Shown here: piece by piece, positions 8,767 through 16,965 of the stretch
How the letters are laid out: every line of letters begins with the position of its first letter
Numbering within the stretch: the stretch's first letter is position 1
Assembly (NCBI RefSeq): GCF_048403405.1
Contig: NZ_CP183131.1
Strand: one strand, 5' to 3'
From: Escherichia coli
GTDB taxonomy: Bacteria > Pseudomonadota > Gammaproteobacteria > Enterobacterales > Enterobacteriaceae
Length of the DNA stretch: 64,000 bases
Notes under the pieces: model-generated
Database searches by the model: none
Seen by the model: the letters and a program-made list of their open reading frames with translations, nothing else
What the model was told of the DNA's origin: nothing
Translations under genes and position numbers: made by a program

Positions 8767-10044
8767 TTAGAAGAAATAGTCGCCATCGTCGTCAGTTTTA
8801 GGCAGCTCCTGGTTGAGAGGCTCCTCTGTCGGCTCCTCTTGGACAGGCTCTTGCTCTACCGGAGTTTCCTCAGGCAAAACCGGCTCATCCTCAACATCAA
8901 CGCGCTCTTCTCGAACCACATCACCGGCATTGGATTCATCTTCCGATTCACCCTCGCCTCGTTCTGCAAAACTCTTGAAGAAGTTGTCGATGTCTTCATC
9001 CAGGTCAACAGCGTTACCACCGCTGTTAGTCTGTTCTGATTGAACAGATTCAGTACCACCTACCTGTTGCTGCTTGGTTTCGCCACCCTCTGTTGCAGGG
9101 ATAAGCTCACCGGCTTTATCGCTTTTCTGTTCGGCCTTTTCATCTTTAGAACGGTCCCCCATCTGGGCTCCCGAACCGCCAATGTCATTAGCCATGCCCT
9201 CTACAGTAATCGAGCCATTGGCATACTGCTCGATGCGGTCCCTCTCGCTCATGATCAGCACTGCGGCCACGACCTGATAAAAGAAAGGCGCAACGATGTT
9301 TCGGCCATCGGCATGTTGCTCGTATCCCCGGAGGGTTTGGTCGAGCAGCTTGACCAGAGGGTTAAAAGCGCTGTTCAGGAAGCTAAGCCCATCCACCTTG
9401 TCGCGGATGTTACGGAGTGTCTGCCGAGTAGTGACCGCACATTGGTCTCGACCGGCCAAACGTTCCATATAGAACTTATTCGCTTCCTGAACCACTTCGG
9501 AGATGAGATCGTCACCCAAGCGCTCAACCTTGCGGTTAAGGCGTTTGGCGTTGGCCTCATCTTCGTTCACAGGCTGGATCATGAACACCTGGTACTCAAA
9601 GCCAATCCGCTCCTCGACCGTTTCCTTTGGAAGGGCTCCGGCACGGATAGCTCGTTCATACTCAGGGTTCTCCTGACACCATTCATCCACGGCTTTGTTG
9701 TAACCTTTGATGAAATCCTGTTTCAGTTGGTTAAACTGAAAGTTTATGTCATTCAGCTTGTTACAGATTTCATCGGTCTTGCTGACGGGTACGGCAAATC
9801 CGTTCATGAACGGCATACCGAATTTCAGCAGGAGGCGACGAGTTTCTGTTTTCAGGCGATGAAAGCCTTTCAGCTTAGCCGGATCACAGATCTTCTTACT
9901 TCCCAGTTGAGCTACTTTCTCAGGTGGAATTTCACCACCCTCGCCCAGCTTGAGATCAGATGCAGACAAACGGGTTTGTCCACTCCAGATGTCAAAGTCT
10001 ACGTGGATAACACAGAGGCTTTGTAGATGGTTCACTTTAGTCAT
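8767..10044 (-). CDS. hypothetical protein with E/P-rich acidic tail ending DDDGDYFF
   Basis: ORF track 8767..10056; start moved to ATG after GGAGTGCATC. Confidence 0.55.
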   Translation of the reverse strand: MTKVNHLQSLCVIHVDFDIWSGQTRLSASDLKLGEGGEIPPEKVAQLGSKKICDPAKLKGFHRLKTETRRLLLKFGMPFMNGFAVPVSKTDEICNKLNDINFQFNQLKQDFIKGYNKAVDEWCQENPEYERAIRAGALPKETVEERIGFEYQVFMIQPVNEDEANAKRLNRKVERLGDDLISEVVQEANKFYMERLAGRDQCAVTTRQTLRNIRDKVDGLSFLNSAFNPLVKLLDQTLRGYEQHADGRNIVAPFFYQVVAAVLIMSERDRIEQYANGSITVEGMANDIGGSGAQMGDRSKDEKAEQKSDKAGELIPATEGGETKQQQVGGTESVQSEQTNSGGNAVDLDEDIDNFFKSFAERGEGESEDESNAGDVVREERVDVEDEPVLPEETPVEQEPVQEEPTEEPLNQELPKTDDDGDYFF

Positions 10045-10065
10045 GATGCACTCCAAAAAGTTGGG

Positions 10066-10186
10066 GGCGCACCACGTCCCGAACCGGGCGGATGCGCCCG
10101 GTTGGGCTAGTAAATTAACGTTAATTTGCTGTTTGTTTTTGGCGACCAGCTATCGCACTTTTCGCTCTCCGAAGAGAACAAAATCT
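10066..10186 (-). repeat. conserved 121-bp upstream module, copy 1 (identical to 14901..15021)
   Basis: 121 bp identical by direct reading; contains hairpin CCGGGCG-N4-CGCCCGG and palindrome AAATTAACGTTAATTT. Confidence 0.85.
10112..10127. promoter_or_regulatory. 16-bp perfect palindrome AAATTAACGTTAATTT (operator-like) inside module copy 1
   Basis: Read directly. Confidence 0.5.
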
Positions 10187-10243
10187 TGCTTTCCGTTGGA
10201 GACTCCCAGAATCCCCAAGGGAAAGCGGGGGAAAATCCCCCAC

Positions 10244-11254
10244 TCACCAGTAGAACGTCTCTACTTCTTCCGGCAAATCATCAAGAGGAGCAAGCACGTC
10301 CTCATCAACAATGTACCGTGGCTTCACAGAGCCAGTAACCGTTACACGGCACCGCTCTGATGACTTCTCTCTGTACTGGTCAACATCCTCAGGCTTCACG
10401 CCTGACGCCTTATCAGCCAACAGCTTTTTGTAGTCTACCCGGCCAGCCGCTTTGTATCTCGTTACCATCACACCGCAGTAGTCGGCATGGAAGTATTCCC
10501 CCATGAGGGACTTCATGGTGTCGAGATGAGGCTTTTGCCTTTCTTGAAGCTCAGACAGTCGCTGTTTCAGCTCCTGAATCTCAGCATCATAGAGGCGGTA
10601 TTCCTCAGCAGCAGCAATCCAACGGTTGACCTCTTCACCTTGCGGTATGTACAGGTCTCTCTCTGGATCTTTGTCGGGCTCCTTCTTGTCTACTACCTGT
10701 TGCCAGAACTTTTTAGCCTCGGCCAAGATTTCTTGAATCATGGCTTCGTCTCGGAGTATTGGAAACTCCTGAATCTGACCTTCAAAGTAGAAGACTAACC
10801 AGCCTTGCTTGGCCCCCGTTACCAGGAGCTGGTGTTGCACCTGCGGGTAATAAAGCTGGTATGCCTTGCTGTTTGCTTTCTCAGCACAAACATCTTCCCA
10901 GACAGTCGCACTCGGGCTTTTCAGCTCGACGGGCTCCCCGTTATCTCTCAGGCCATCCAGGGAGGCCCTCATGAGCGGGTATTGAACCGATTCGACACAG
11001 GCGGGGAGCAGCATGTCATCATACTTCTCCTCGAAAGCGCGTCTTGCAGCATCTTCGTTTTCTATCCCCCGGCGAACCAGCGGATTAAGACTCAGATCGA
11101 CTTCACGCGCATACCCAGTCTTCTCGGCCCACAGTCTCCATCGTGTTTTGTACGGAGACCGATTGAGCAGGATAGCGGCGTCAGTGGCTGTTACACCTTG
11201 ACGCCGCCAATCAAGCCAATCTTCCTCTCGTTGCGATAGGTTGACTATTTTCAT
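10244..11254 (-). CDS. exo: alkaline exonuclease (lambda Exo / YqaJ-like) of ssb-bet-exo module; C-terminus ..EEVETFYW
   Basis: Size and gene order after bet as in SXT/IncC elements; RBS TGGAGAGAGG. Confidence 0.75.
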   Translation of the reverse strand: MKIVNLSQREEDWLDWRRQGVTATDAAILLNRSPYKTRWRLWAEKTGYAREVDLSLNPLVRRGIENEDAARRAFEEKYDDMLLPACVESVQYPLMRASLDGLRDNGEPVELKSPSATVWEDVCAEKANSKAYQLYYPQVQHQLLVTGAKQGWLVFYFEGQIQEFPILRDEAMIQEILAEAKKFWQQVVDKKEPDKDPERDLYIPQGEEVNRWIAAAEEYRLYDAEIQELKQRLSELQERQKPHLDTMKSLMGEYFHADYCGVMVTRYKAAGRVDYKKLLADKASGVKPEDVDQYREKSSERCRVTVTGSVKPRYIVDEDVLAPLDDLPEEVETFYW

Positions 11255-11316
11255 GGACCTCTCTCCAATGGTTAGGAGGGAGATCTCCCCCAGCGGGGGA
11301 GTCCCCCCCGTTGGGG

Positions 11317-12306
11317 TTAGTAGTAACTGCCTTCCGCGCCCTCCTCTTCTGTAACAGGGATCATGTCCTCGTCACTCAAAGGCGGCATTTCTTCGGCACC
11401 AGGTTCAGCATTTGCAGAACCACCAGCGGCGGACTCTTGCTCGTGCGCTTCCTGGTAGTCAGGTTTCGGAGGCTCCATTTGATCCATCTCCTTGTCACGA
11501 AGGAATTGAGTCGCATATTGCAGTTCCGAACCTTCATACCGTCCCTTCACATACTCATGCGCCGCAGACCATGCGTTTTCAGCAATGGCGCGATTTGCGA
11601 GTTTGGTTAGGATCGGGTCAAGCTCTTTGTGCTCAATAGCCAAAGGCTCTTGGCTTTGAACTTGAGATGGTGAAGGGAGATTGGCAATAGCCGGGTTAAT
11701 GGCCGATGCCTGCTCCATTTCACGGATGCGTTCAGCTTCATCCTGGTCATAAATACCAGAGAAACCAAATGCGACACGAGAACACTGGATCAGCGACTTG
11801 TGCCGGAGTTGACGCTTGGTGTGCGTTTGCCAGGGGCCATCAACAGTGTAAGCACCATTGCGACCTTGACCCTGAAACGGTTCACGGTACACCTCATCAA
11901 TGAACTCCTTGATGCGGATAGGGCGAGATCTGTCCTTACGGTAAATCACGCATTCAATCCACTCAGGGCAGTCAACTTTCGCCCCCTGCATTCTGACCAT
12001 CTTGTCCGAATACACGAACTCGACGCCATCATACTGGGGATGCTCGTTGATGATGCGGCTCCAACCATCAACACCTACTACCGGAATGATCCCATTTTGC
12101 TTGTCAGGAAACGCATAGATTTCCCGAGTGAAAGGGTTCAAACCGTACTGTTCAGCCACGATCAGGAGCGTCATCATCTGCTCATCGGTCGGGGCACTTC
12201 CATCTCGCTGCTTGAATGCGGTCGCCTTCAAAGTTTCATAGAACTTTCGGGTGTCCACGCCAAACCGGCTTGCGATACGGGTTACAAGAGATTTGTTATC
12301 AGACAT
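11317..12306 (-). CDS. bet: single-strand annealing protein (Bet/RecT-type); C-terminus ..EEEGAEGSYY
   Basis: ORF track 11317..12348; start moved to MSDNK after RBS GGAGA; position between ssb and exo. Confidence 0.75.
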   Translation of the reverse strand: MSDNKSLVTRIASRFGVDTRKFYETLKATAFKQRDGSAPTDEQMMTLLIVAEQYGLNPFTREIYAFPDKQNGIIPVVGVDGWSRIINEHPQYDGVEFVYSDKMVRMQGAKVDCPEWIECVIYRKDRSRPIRIKEFIDEVYREPFQGQGRNGAYTVDGPWQTHTKRQLRHKSLIQCSRVAFGFSGIYDQDEAERIREMEQASAINPAIANLPSPSQVQSQEPLAIEHKELDPILTKLANRAIAENAWSAAHEYVKGRYEGSELQYATQFLRDKEMDQMEPPKPDYQEAHEQESAAGGSANAEPGAEEMPPLSDEDMIPVTEEEGAEGSYY

Positions 12307-12400
12307 GGTGTTTCTCCAATTCACGAATGAACGGTTTGAGGACACCATGACCCCCTCGGGGCATGAGTGCCCCCGTGGGGTTTAGTAAGAGTTGGCGGTG

Positions 12401-12928
12401 TTACCCGCCAGCCAAGTGGTGCAGCCGCATGAACGGGATGTCATCATCCCAGCCATCAGGAGCGGGACCATAGCCTCCGCCCATACCACCTTGCGGTGCT
12501 GATTGCTGCACAGGAGCAGATTGCGTACCGGCTCCTGTACGTTGCCCTTTTTGGGGCGCTGCACGTTGAGAGTTGTCCTGAGGTGCATTTCCACGACCAC
12601 CAAGCATCTGCATTTCAACGCAGTGTACTTCGGTGGTGTAGCGCTCGATTTGTTGGCTGTCAGTCCACTTCCGGGTGCGGTTGCTCCCTTCGAGATAGAC
12701 TTGGGAGCCCTTTTTCAGGTACTCACCAGCGACTTCTGCCAAACGACCTTTAAGCACAATACGGTGCCACTCAGTATGCTCTCTTTGCTCGCCAGACTGC
12801 TTATCGCGCCACGTATCCGTTGTTGCAACGTTGAAGTTGGCAACGGCAGTTCCGCTTGGCATGTAGCGAATTTCCGGGTCAGAACCGAGATTACCGACCA
12901 GAATTACTTTGTTGACGCCTTTAGACAT
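12401..12928 (-). CDS. ssb: single-stranded DNA-binding protein with 9-aa extension after DDDIPF
   Basis: N-terminus [15 protein letters not shown].., Gly-rich linker, DDDIPF then MRLHHLAGG before stop (verified by manual translation). Confidence 0.9.
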   Translation of the reverse strand: MSKGVNKVILVGNLGSDPEIRYMPSGTAVANFNVATTDTWRDKQSGEQREHTEWHRIVLKGRLAEVAGEYLKKGSQVYLEGSNRTRKWTDSQQIERYTTEVHCVEMQMLGGRGNAPQDNSQRAAPQKGQRTGAGTQSAPVQQSAPQGGMGGGYGPAPDGWDDDIPFMRLHHLAGG

Positions 12929-12991
12929 CATGACCTCCAAGTTATTTGGAGAGGGCCAACGCCCCTTTCGGGGAGCAAGCCCCCGTAAGGG

Positions 12992-13900
12992 TTAAAAAAA
13001 GTGATCCTCTTGTTCGGCGTCGATCTCTGCCAGGCGAATCAGCTCAGATACAAGGCCAAGCCTTTCTGCATCTGCTCTTACTTCGTCGTAGCTGAAACCA
13101 AACCGTTCAATGAGGGGTTTTAGTGAATCAAAACGCTCGTAGTCGAAGGTATCACCCTGTTCATCACAGAATGCCACCAGCGGCTTCTCTACGTTTGAAA
13201 AGTCATCCGCGAAACGCTGTTGCAGGTAAACCAACATCAGCAGGGGTTTGTGACCATGTTCCGGGCGGAGTTCACCAGCGCCTTCCAGCGTAGCTGGATG
13301 GATAGTGTTTTCGCCTAGTCCAGTGCTAACCCCAAGCTCATAACCGCTGTCAGTACGCATCAGCACACTGGGTAGCAAGTCATTTGAGCCTTCGCTCCGA
13401 GCAACCTCAAAGCCGATTAAACCGGCTCCTTTGGCAAAAACCCCAGCAACAAAACCTTTGAAGAGGTTTATGTCACCTGGAGGTAACTCAGAGGGCGGAG
13501 ATAACAGCCAGTTGAGAGATCCCAAGCTGGCTGTTTGTCCGGCTGAAACATTCCCCCCTTCCAGCACCGTCTGTGTCTCTGCGTTTACCAGCACCTCATC
13601 CAGAAAGGTGTACCCCTGGCTGAGAAACTGTGACACATACTGGCTTTCTTTGTCCTTGTAGGACATTGGGATCGTGTCTGGGCCGTTAGCTTCAAAAGGT
13701 CCTTCGAGCTTTGTCTCAGACCAATTTTCAGCTTTCCCATCAGTGACGGTTCGGCGTAGCTCGACCATCGTGAATTGGCCTGGCTCCGAGGAGCTGGGCT
13801 CCCGGAGCAACTTGTAGCCAATGAAGACTTCTATTGTGGTTTCGTCATTGCCCCACTCTTTAGCAGTGTAACGACGGCACAAACAGTCATTTTTCTTCAT
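12992..13900 (-). CDS. hypothetical protein (302 aa) ending ..AEQEDHFF
   Basis: ORF track; RBS AAGGGG; 10-nt gap after the AAA+ gene. Confidence 0.55.
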   Translation of the reverse strand: MKKNDCLCRRYTAKEWGNDETTIEVFIGYKLLREPSSSEPGQFTMVELRRTVTDGKAENWSETKLEGPFEANGPDTIPMSYKDKESQYVSQFLSQGYTFLDEVLVNAETQTVLEGGNVSAGQTASLGSLNWLLSPPSELPPGDINLFKGFVAGVFAKGAGLIGFEVARSEGSNDLLPSVLMRTDSGYELGVSTGLGENTIHPATLEGAGELRPEHGHKPLLMLVYLQQRFADDFSNVEKPLVAFCDEQGDTFDYERFDSLKPLIERFGFSYDEVRADAERLGLVSELIRLAEIDAEQEDHFF

Positions 13901-13910
13901 GCGTCACCCC

Positions 13911-14879
13911 TTAGCGCCATTGGTCCCCGAACACATCCTTCGCAACACGCAGGATGGCTTCACGCTCCTCTTTGGCCGCACGGATAAGCAGAGCTTGATC
14001 CAGGGCGTATTCAAGAGCATTTGGGGCACCACGGAACGCTAGAGACAGTTTCGCCCAACGCACCAACGTCCGAGTGGACATGGTGACGCTGATCTGACCA
14101 TCTTCACCGTTTTCGCCAAGAAACAGTTTGCGGACCTGATTAGCAATCCGAACCATTCCCTTCCGCACATTTTCCGGAAGTTTCGGAGTAACACGGCCAA
14201 GAATGCTGAGTTCAGCTTCCTCATCCGCATACCCTACTTTGGTGAAACGATAGCGATCCATAGCTGCGAGGTTCTGCATCATCACCCCCTGGTACAAACC
14301 AGAAGCATCACCGGACCCCGTAGAGTTACCAGTAACGACCACACGAAACATCGGGTGCGGCTTGATGATTTCCCCGCCATTCTGAGCGATCACAAGGGGA
14401 CGCCCTTCAAGGACATCGTTGAGACCAGCCAGCTCGGCAGGGTCGGCCAAATCCACCTCGTTGATGAGGAGCAGATGACCTTCACGCATAGCGACTGCCA
14501 GAGGTCCATACATGAACTTCATGACAGGTGGTTGACCAGGCTTTTCCGCGACCAGAGCGTGATGTCCAATCAGATCTGTCAGCTCCATCCGCCCGTGGGC
14601 AGTGATTTGCTGAACAGGCCAGTTGAGACGACCAGCGATCTCGGTGATACCTGAGGTTTTGCCAGACCCGGTAGGGCCGGTTACGAACAATGCGTCACCG
14701 CCAGGCTCTTTGAGATAGGCCAAGACCTCTCGCAGAAACTCTTTGCGGAAAACGTAGTTGGTATCAGTGGCAGGGATGAAAGGGTTTGAACCGTCAGCGT
14801 AGCCGATGGCCGTTACCTTCTCCGGAATGCTGGGCATACCGAAAACCTTGCTTACTGAGAATTGAGAGTATTGAGACAT
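13911..14879 (-). CDS. AAA+ ATPase (CobS/MoxR-like)
   Basis: Walker A GPTGSGKT, Walker B LLLINEVD; RBS TAGGAGCGCACCT. Confidence 0.8.
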   Translation of the reverse strand: MSQYSQFSVSKVFGMPSIPEKVTAIGYADGSNPFIPATDTNYVFRKEFLREVLAYLKEPGGDALFVTGPTGSGKTSGITEIAGRLNWPVQQITAHGRMELTDLIGHHALVAEKPGQPPVMKFMYGPLAVAMREGHLLLINEVDLADPAELAGLNDVLEGRPLVIAQNGGEIIKPHPMFRVVVTGNSTGSGDASGLYQGVMMQNLAAMDRYRFTKVGYADEEAELSILGRVTPKLPENVRKGMVRIANQVRKLFLGENGEDGQISVTMSTRTLVRWAKLSLAFRGAPNALEYALDQALLIRAAKEEREAILRVAKDVFGDQWR

Positions 14880-14900
14880 AGGTGCGCTCCTATTGTGACA

Positions 14901-15021
14901 GGCGCACCACGTCCCGAACCGGGCGGATGCGCCCGGTTGGGCTAGTAAATTAACGTTAATTTGCTGTTTGTTTTTGGCGACCAGCTATCGCACTTTTCGC
15001 TCTCCGAAGAGAACAAAATCT
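14901..15021 (-). repeat. conserved 121-bp upstream module, copy 2
   Basis: Identical to 10066..10186. Confidence 0.85.
14947..14962. promoter_or_regulatory. palindrome AAATTAACGTTAATTT inside module copy 2
   Basis: Read directly. Confidence 0.5.
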
Positions 15022-15098
15022 GCTTACTGATGGTATTCACCATGAGTAAGAAGACTTTTAAGGAGCGAGGAGAGTAGCCTCTCCTGGAGGCCACTCCC

Positions 15099-15284
15099 TC
15101 AATGGACGAACATCACCACATCGTCGTTTTGACCAATGACCCCGGTTTCTTTGGCCCACTTCACTGCTTCACTGTGCGCCTGGTAGGAGCTGGAATACAG
15201 TTTCGGATCAAATTTCACCTCGCGTCCATCAGCCAGATAGATGATGCCTGCGTGATCGTCGTAAACATGAAGATTCTGTTGCAT
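15099..15284 (-). CDS. hypothetical small protein (61 aa)
   Basis: ORF track 15099..15350; RBS AGGGGGA before internal ATG. Confidence 0.4.
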   Translation of the reverse strand: MQQNLHVYDDHAGIIYLADGREVKFDPKLYSSSYQAHSEAVKWAKETGVIGQNDDVVMFVH

Positions 15285-15400
15285 TCGACATTCCCCCTGT
15301 AGCTTGTCGTCAAAGCCAACTGACACCAGAAGACTTTGAGGACAAGCCACAGAGGCTTGACCAGAAAGAGAGGGGTTGCCCCCTCCCTTTGCGTTGACTA

Positions 15401-15493
15401 TCAGCAGTAACCGAACGATTCAGCGATTCTCACGAAAGGACGAGAGATTGCCCAACCAGTAGGGATACACAAAGCGATGATAGCGATTTCCAT
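15401..15493 (-). CDS. small hydrophobic peptide (30 aa, MEIAIIALCIPTGWAISRPFVRIAESFGYC)
   Basis: Not in ORF track (under 60 aa); found manually; RBS TAGGAGCAACATC identical in style to the neighbouring gene. Confidence 0.35.
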   Translation of the reverse strand: MEIAIIALCIPTGWAISRPFVRIAESFGYC

Positions 15494-15507
15494 GATGTTG
15501 CTCCTAA

Positions 15508-15547
15508 GCAAAAAGGGGCAACATCCCCGTCGGGGTATGGTTGCCCC
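15508..15547 (-). terminator. terminator-like hairpin with U-tract in the leader of the small peptide gene
   Basis: Minus-sense GGGGCAAC..(CCCC-GAC-GGGG)..GUUGCCCC UUUUUGC. Confidence 0.5.
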
Positions 15548-15587
15548 GATGGGTTTGAAAGTGTCGAAGATTACTCAGCGACAGTTA

Positions 15588-15908
15588 TTACCAAACAAGT
15601 TCCTTGCCCTTACGAAGGTAAGTCGGGATTTCGAGATAATCCCAGTCAGGTTCTTGTTTAGCGACTTCTTGAACTTGAGTTACCTCAGGTTCAACGACTG
15701 CTTTGGCTTGTTCAGCCTTGGCAGCACGTTCTTTGATGACGGCCTGTACAGACCGCATTGCAGGAACTGCGAATTTGTTCCAAAGGAACAAACCGATACG
15801 CTGGAACACTTTAGCGAGAACGATGAAGGAAAAAGCAAATGCCTTCGCGCCTACGTACAGTGCGCCCAGAGATGCAAGCAGAACTACAATGAAAGTGATG
15901 ATGTGCAT
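15588..15908 (-). CDS. small membrane protein (106 aa, N-terminal TM helix)
   Basis: Hydrophobic N-terminus; RBS TAGGAGCAACACC. Confidence 0.5.
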   Translation of the reverse strand: MHIITFIVVLLASLGALYVGAKAFAFSFIVLAKVFQRIGLFLWNKFAVPAMRSVQAVIKERAAKAEQAKAVVEPEVTQVQEVAKQEPDWDYLEIPTYLRKGKELVW

Positions 15909-15923
15909 GGTGTTGCTCCTATG

Positions 15924-15966
15924 TAAAAAAACAGGGGCAACACCCGAAAACCGGGAGAAGCCCCCG
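15924..15966 (-). terminator. terminator-like nested hairpin with U7 in the leader of the membrane protein gene
   Basis: Minus-sense GGGGC..CCCGG-UUUU-CGGG..GCCCC UGUUUUUUU. Confidence 0.5.
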
Positions 15967-16003
15967 GCTTGGGGTTAAGTAATGCCATACGGCATAAGAC
16001 TAG

Positions 16004-16050
16004 ATGCTGTTTGTTTTCGGAGACCAGCTATCTCACCTATAGCCGCAGAG
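16004..16050 (-). promoter_or_regulatory. degenerate copy (distal half) of the conserved upstream module
   Basis: AGATGCTGTTTGTTTTCGGAGACCAGCTATCTCAC. Confidence 0.45.
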
Positions 16051-16104
16051 CGACTAAGATGATTCAAATATAGCTCACCTTTGCTAAACAGAAAACGCTG
16101 TAAC

Positions 16105-16120
16105 TGTCCATTTTGGGCAC
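16105..16120 (+). promoter_or_regulatory. FlhDC-family (SetCD/AcaCD-like) activator box TGTCCATTTTGGGCAC
   Basis: One of six related GCCC/GTCC-N5-GGGC boxes in promoter regions; ~80 bp upstream of the 16202 start. Confidence 0.5.
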
Positions 16121-16201
16121 TTCGAGAGGTCAGGTTACAGATTGACCGCATTTATCCTTTCCAGTGCGTTTATCTGTACCTCAAATTTAGGAGTATCTCT
16201 A

Positions 16202-16843
16202 ATGGCAGAAGCACAAGTAGCACTGGACACAAACAACGACCGCAGCAACCACTACTCTCGCCCTGTTTTCAAGCAAGTTCTGAAAGTAAACAGCCTCCAA
16301 GCTCAGCGCGTCATGGAACGCAGCTTTGAGCGAGTTTCCAACTCCCTGTTCTCCATCGACGTGATCCTTCGCATCATCGGTGAGCAGGACGAAATCGACC
16401 AGGTTGAAACCGTCATCCTGGAACACATTTCCAAGGTCTCCGAAGACCTGGACAAAGCTACCGCCCAGCTCAACAAGCTGATGGAAGACAACGGCATCGA
16501 CATGATGCCCGGCTACACCAACCCGAATGAATACACCATCGAGATCAACTCTCCTCAGGTTGCTCAGTTTGCACACCTGATCCGCAAACTGGATACCCTG
16601 ATGGGGATCGTTGACACTCTCTGGCTGAACACCGTACTGACCAGCAAGCAGCGCACCGACGCCACTTACCAATGGCAGCAACGCCTCATCAAGCTGGCCG
16701 GTCGAATCATCGGCATCGAGAAACGGGCTCGCATTTCCGCCCACAGCAAAGGCAAAGAAGGTGAAGTGGCCGAAGCCGCTCCGGAATCTGCAACCGGCGA
16801 CAAGGAAATCGCAGACGAAGCCGAGAAAACAAAAGCAGCATAA
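16202..16843 (+). CDS. hypothetical protein (213 aa), box-associated
   Basis: ORF track 16142..16843; RBS AGGAG before internal ATG. Confidence 0.55.
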   Translation: MAEAQVALDTNNDRSNHYSRPVFKQVLKVNSLQAQRVMERSFERVSNSLFSIDVILRIIGEQDEIDQVETVILEHISKVSEDLDKATAQLNKLMEDNGIDMMPGYTNPNEYTIEINSPQVAQFAHLIRKLDTLMGIVDTLWLNTVLTSKQRTDATYQWQQRLIKLAGRIIGIEKRARISAHSKGKEGEVAEAAPESATGDKEIADEAEKTKAA

Positions 16844-16859
16844 CCCAGCCCAAACCTTT

Positions 16860-16887
16860 GCCCCTCGCCCGAGGGGCTTTTTTTTGT
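16860..16887 (+). terminator. intrinsic terminator
   Basis: GCCCCTCG-CC-CGAGGGGC followed by T8. Confidence 0.7.
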
Positions 16888-16965
16888 CTTTTATGGTTGC
16901 ATTTTTTGATGCTGTGATATTATCGAAGTAAATCAGATTCAACTCAGGTAAGAACGGAGAACAAC

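Noticed and set aside
9040-10026. 328-aa plus-strand ORF
   Set aside because: Fully antisense to the 425-aa minus-strand gene, which has a strong RBS and conserved leader; no RBS for the plus ORF
10129-10165. Sigma54-type promoter (TGGCAC-N5-TTGC) inside the conserved module
   Set aside because: TGG is present but no correctly spaced TTGC; does not fit the consensus
15477-15926. 149-aa plus-strand ORF
   Set aside because: Overlaps two minus-strand genes and both leader hairpins; no RBS; possibly an antisense RNA, but not supported as a CDS
16199-16942. 247-aa minus-strand ORF
   Set aside because: Antisense to the box-driven plus-strand gene 16202..16843, which has an RBS and terminator; spurious
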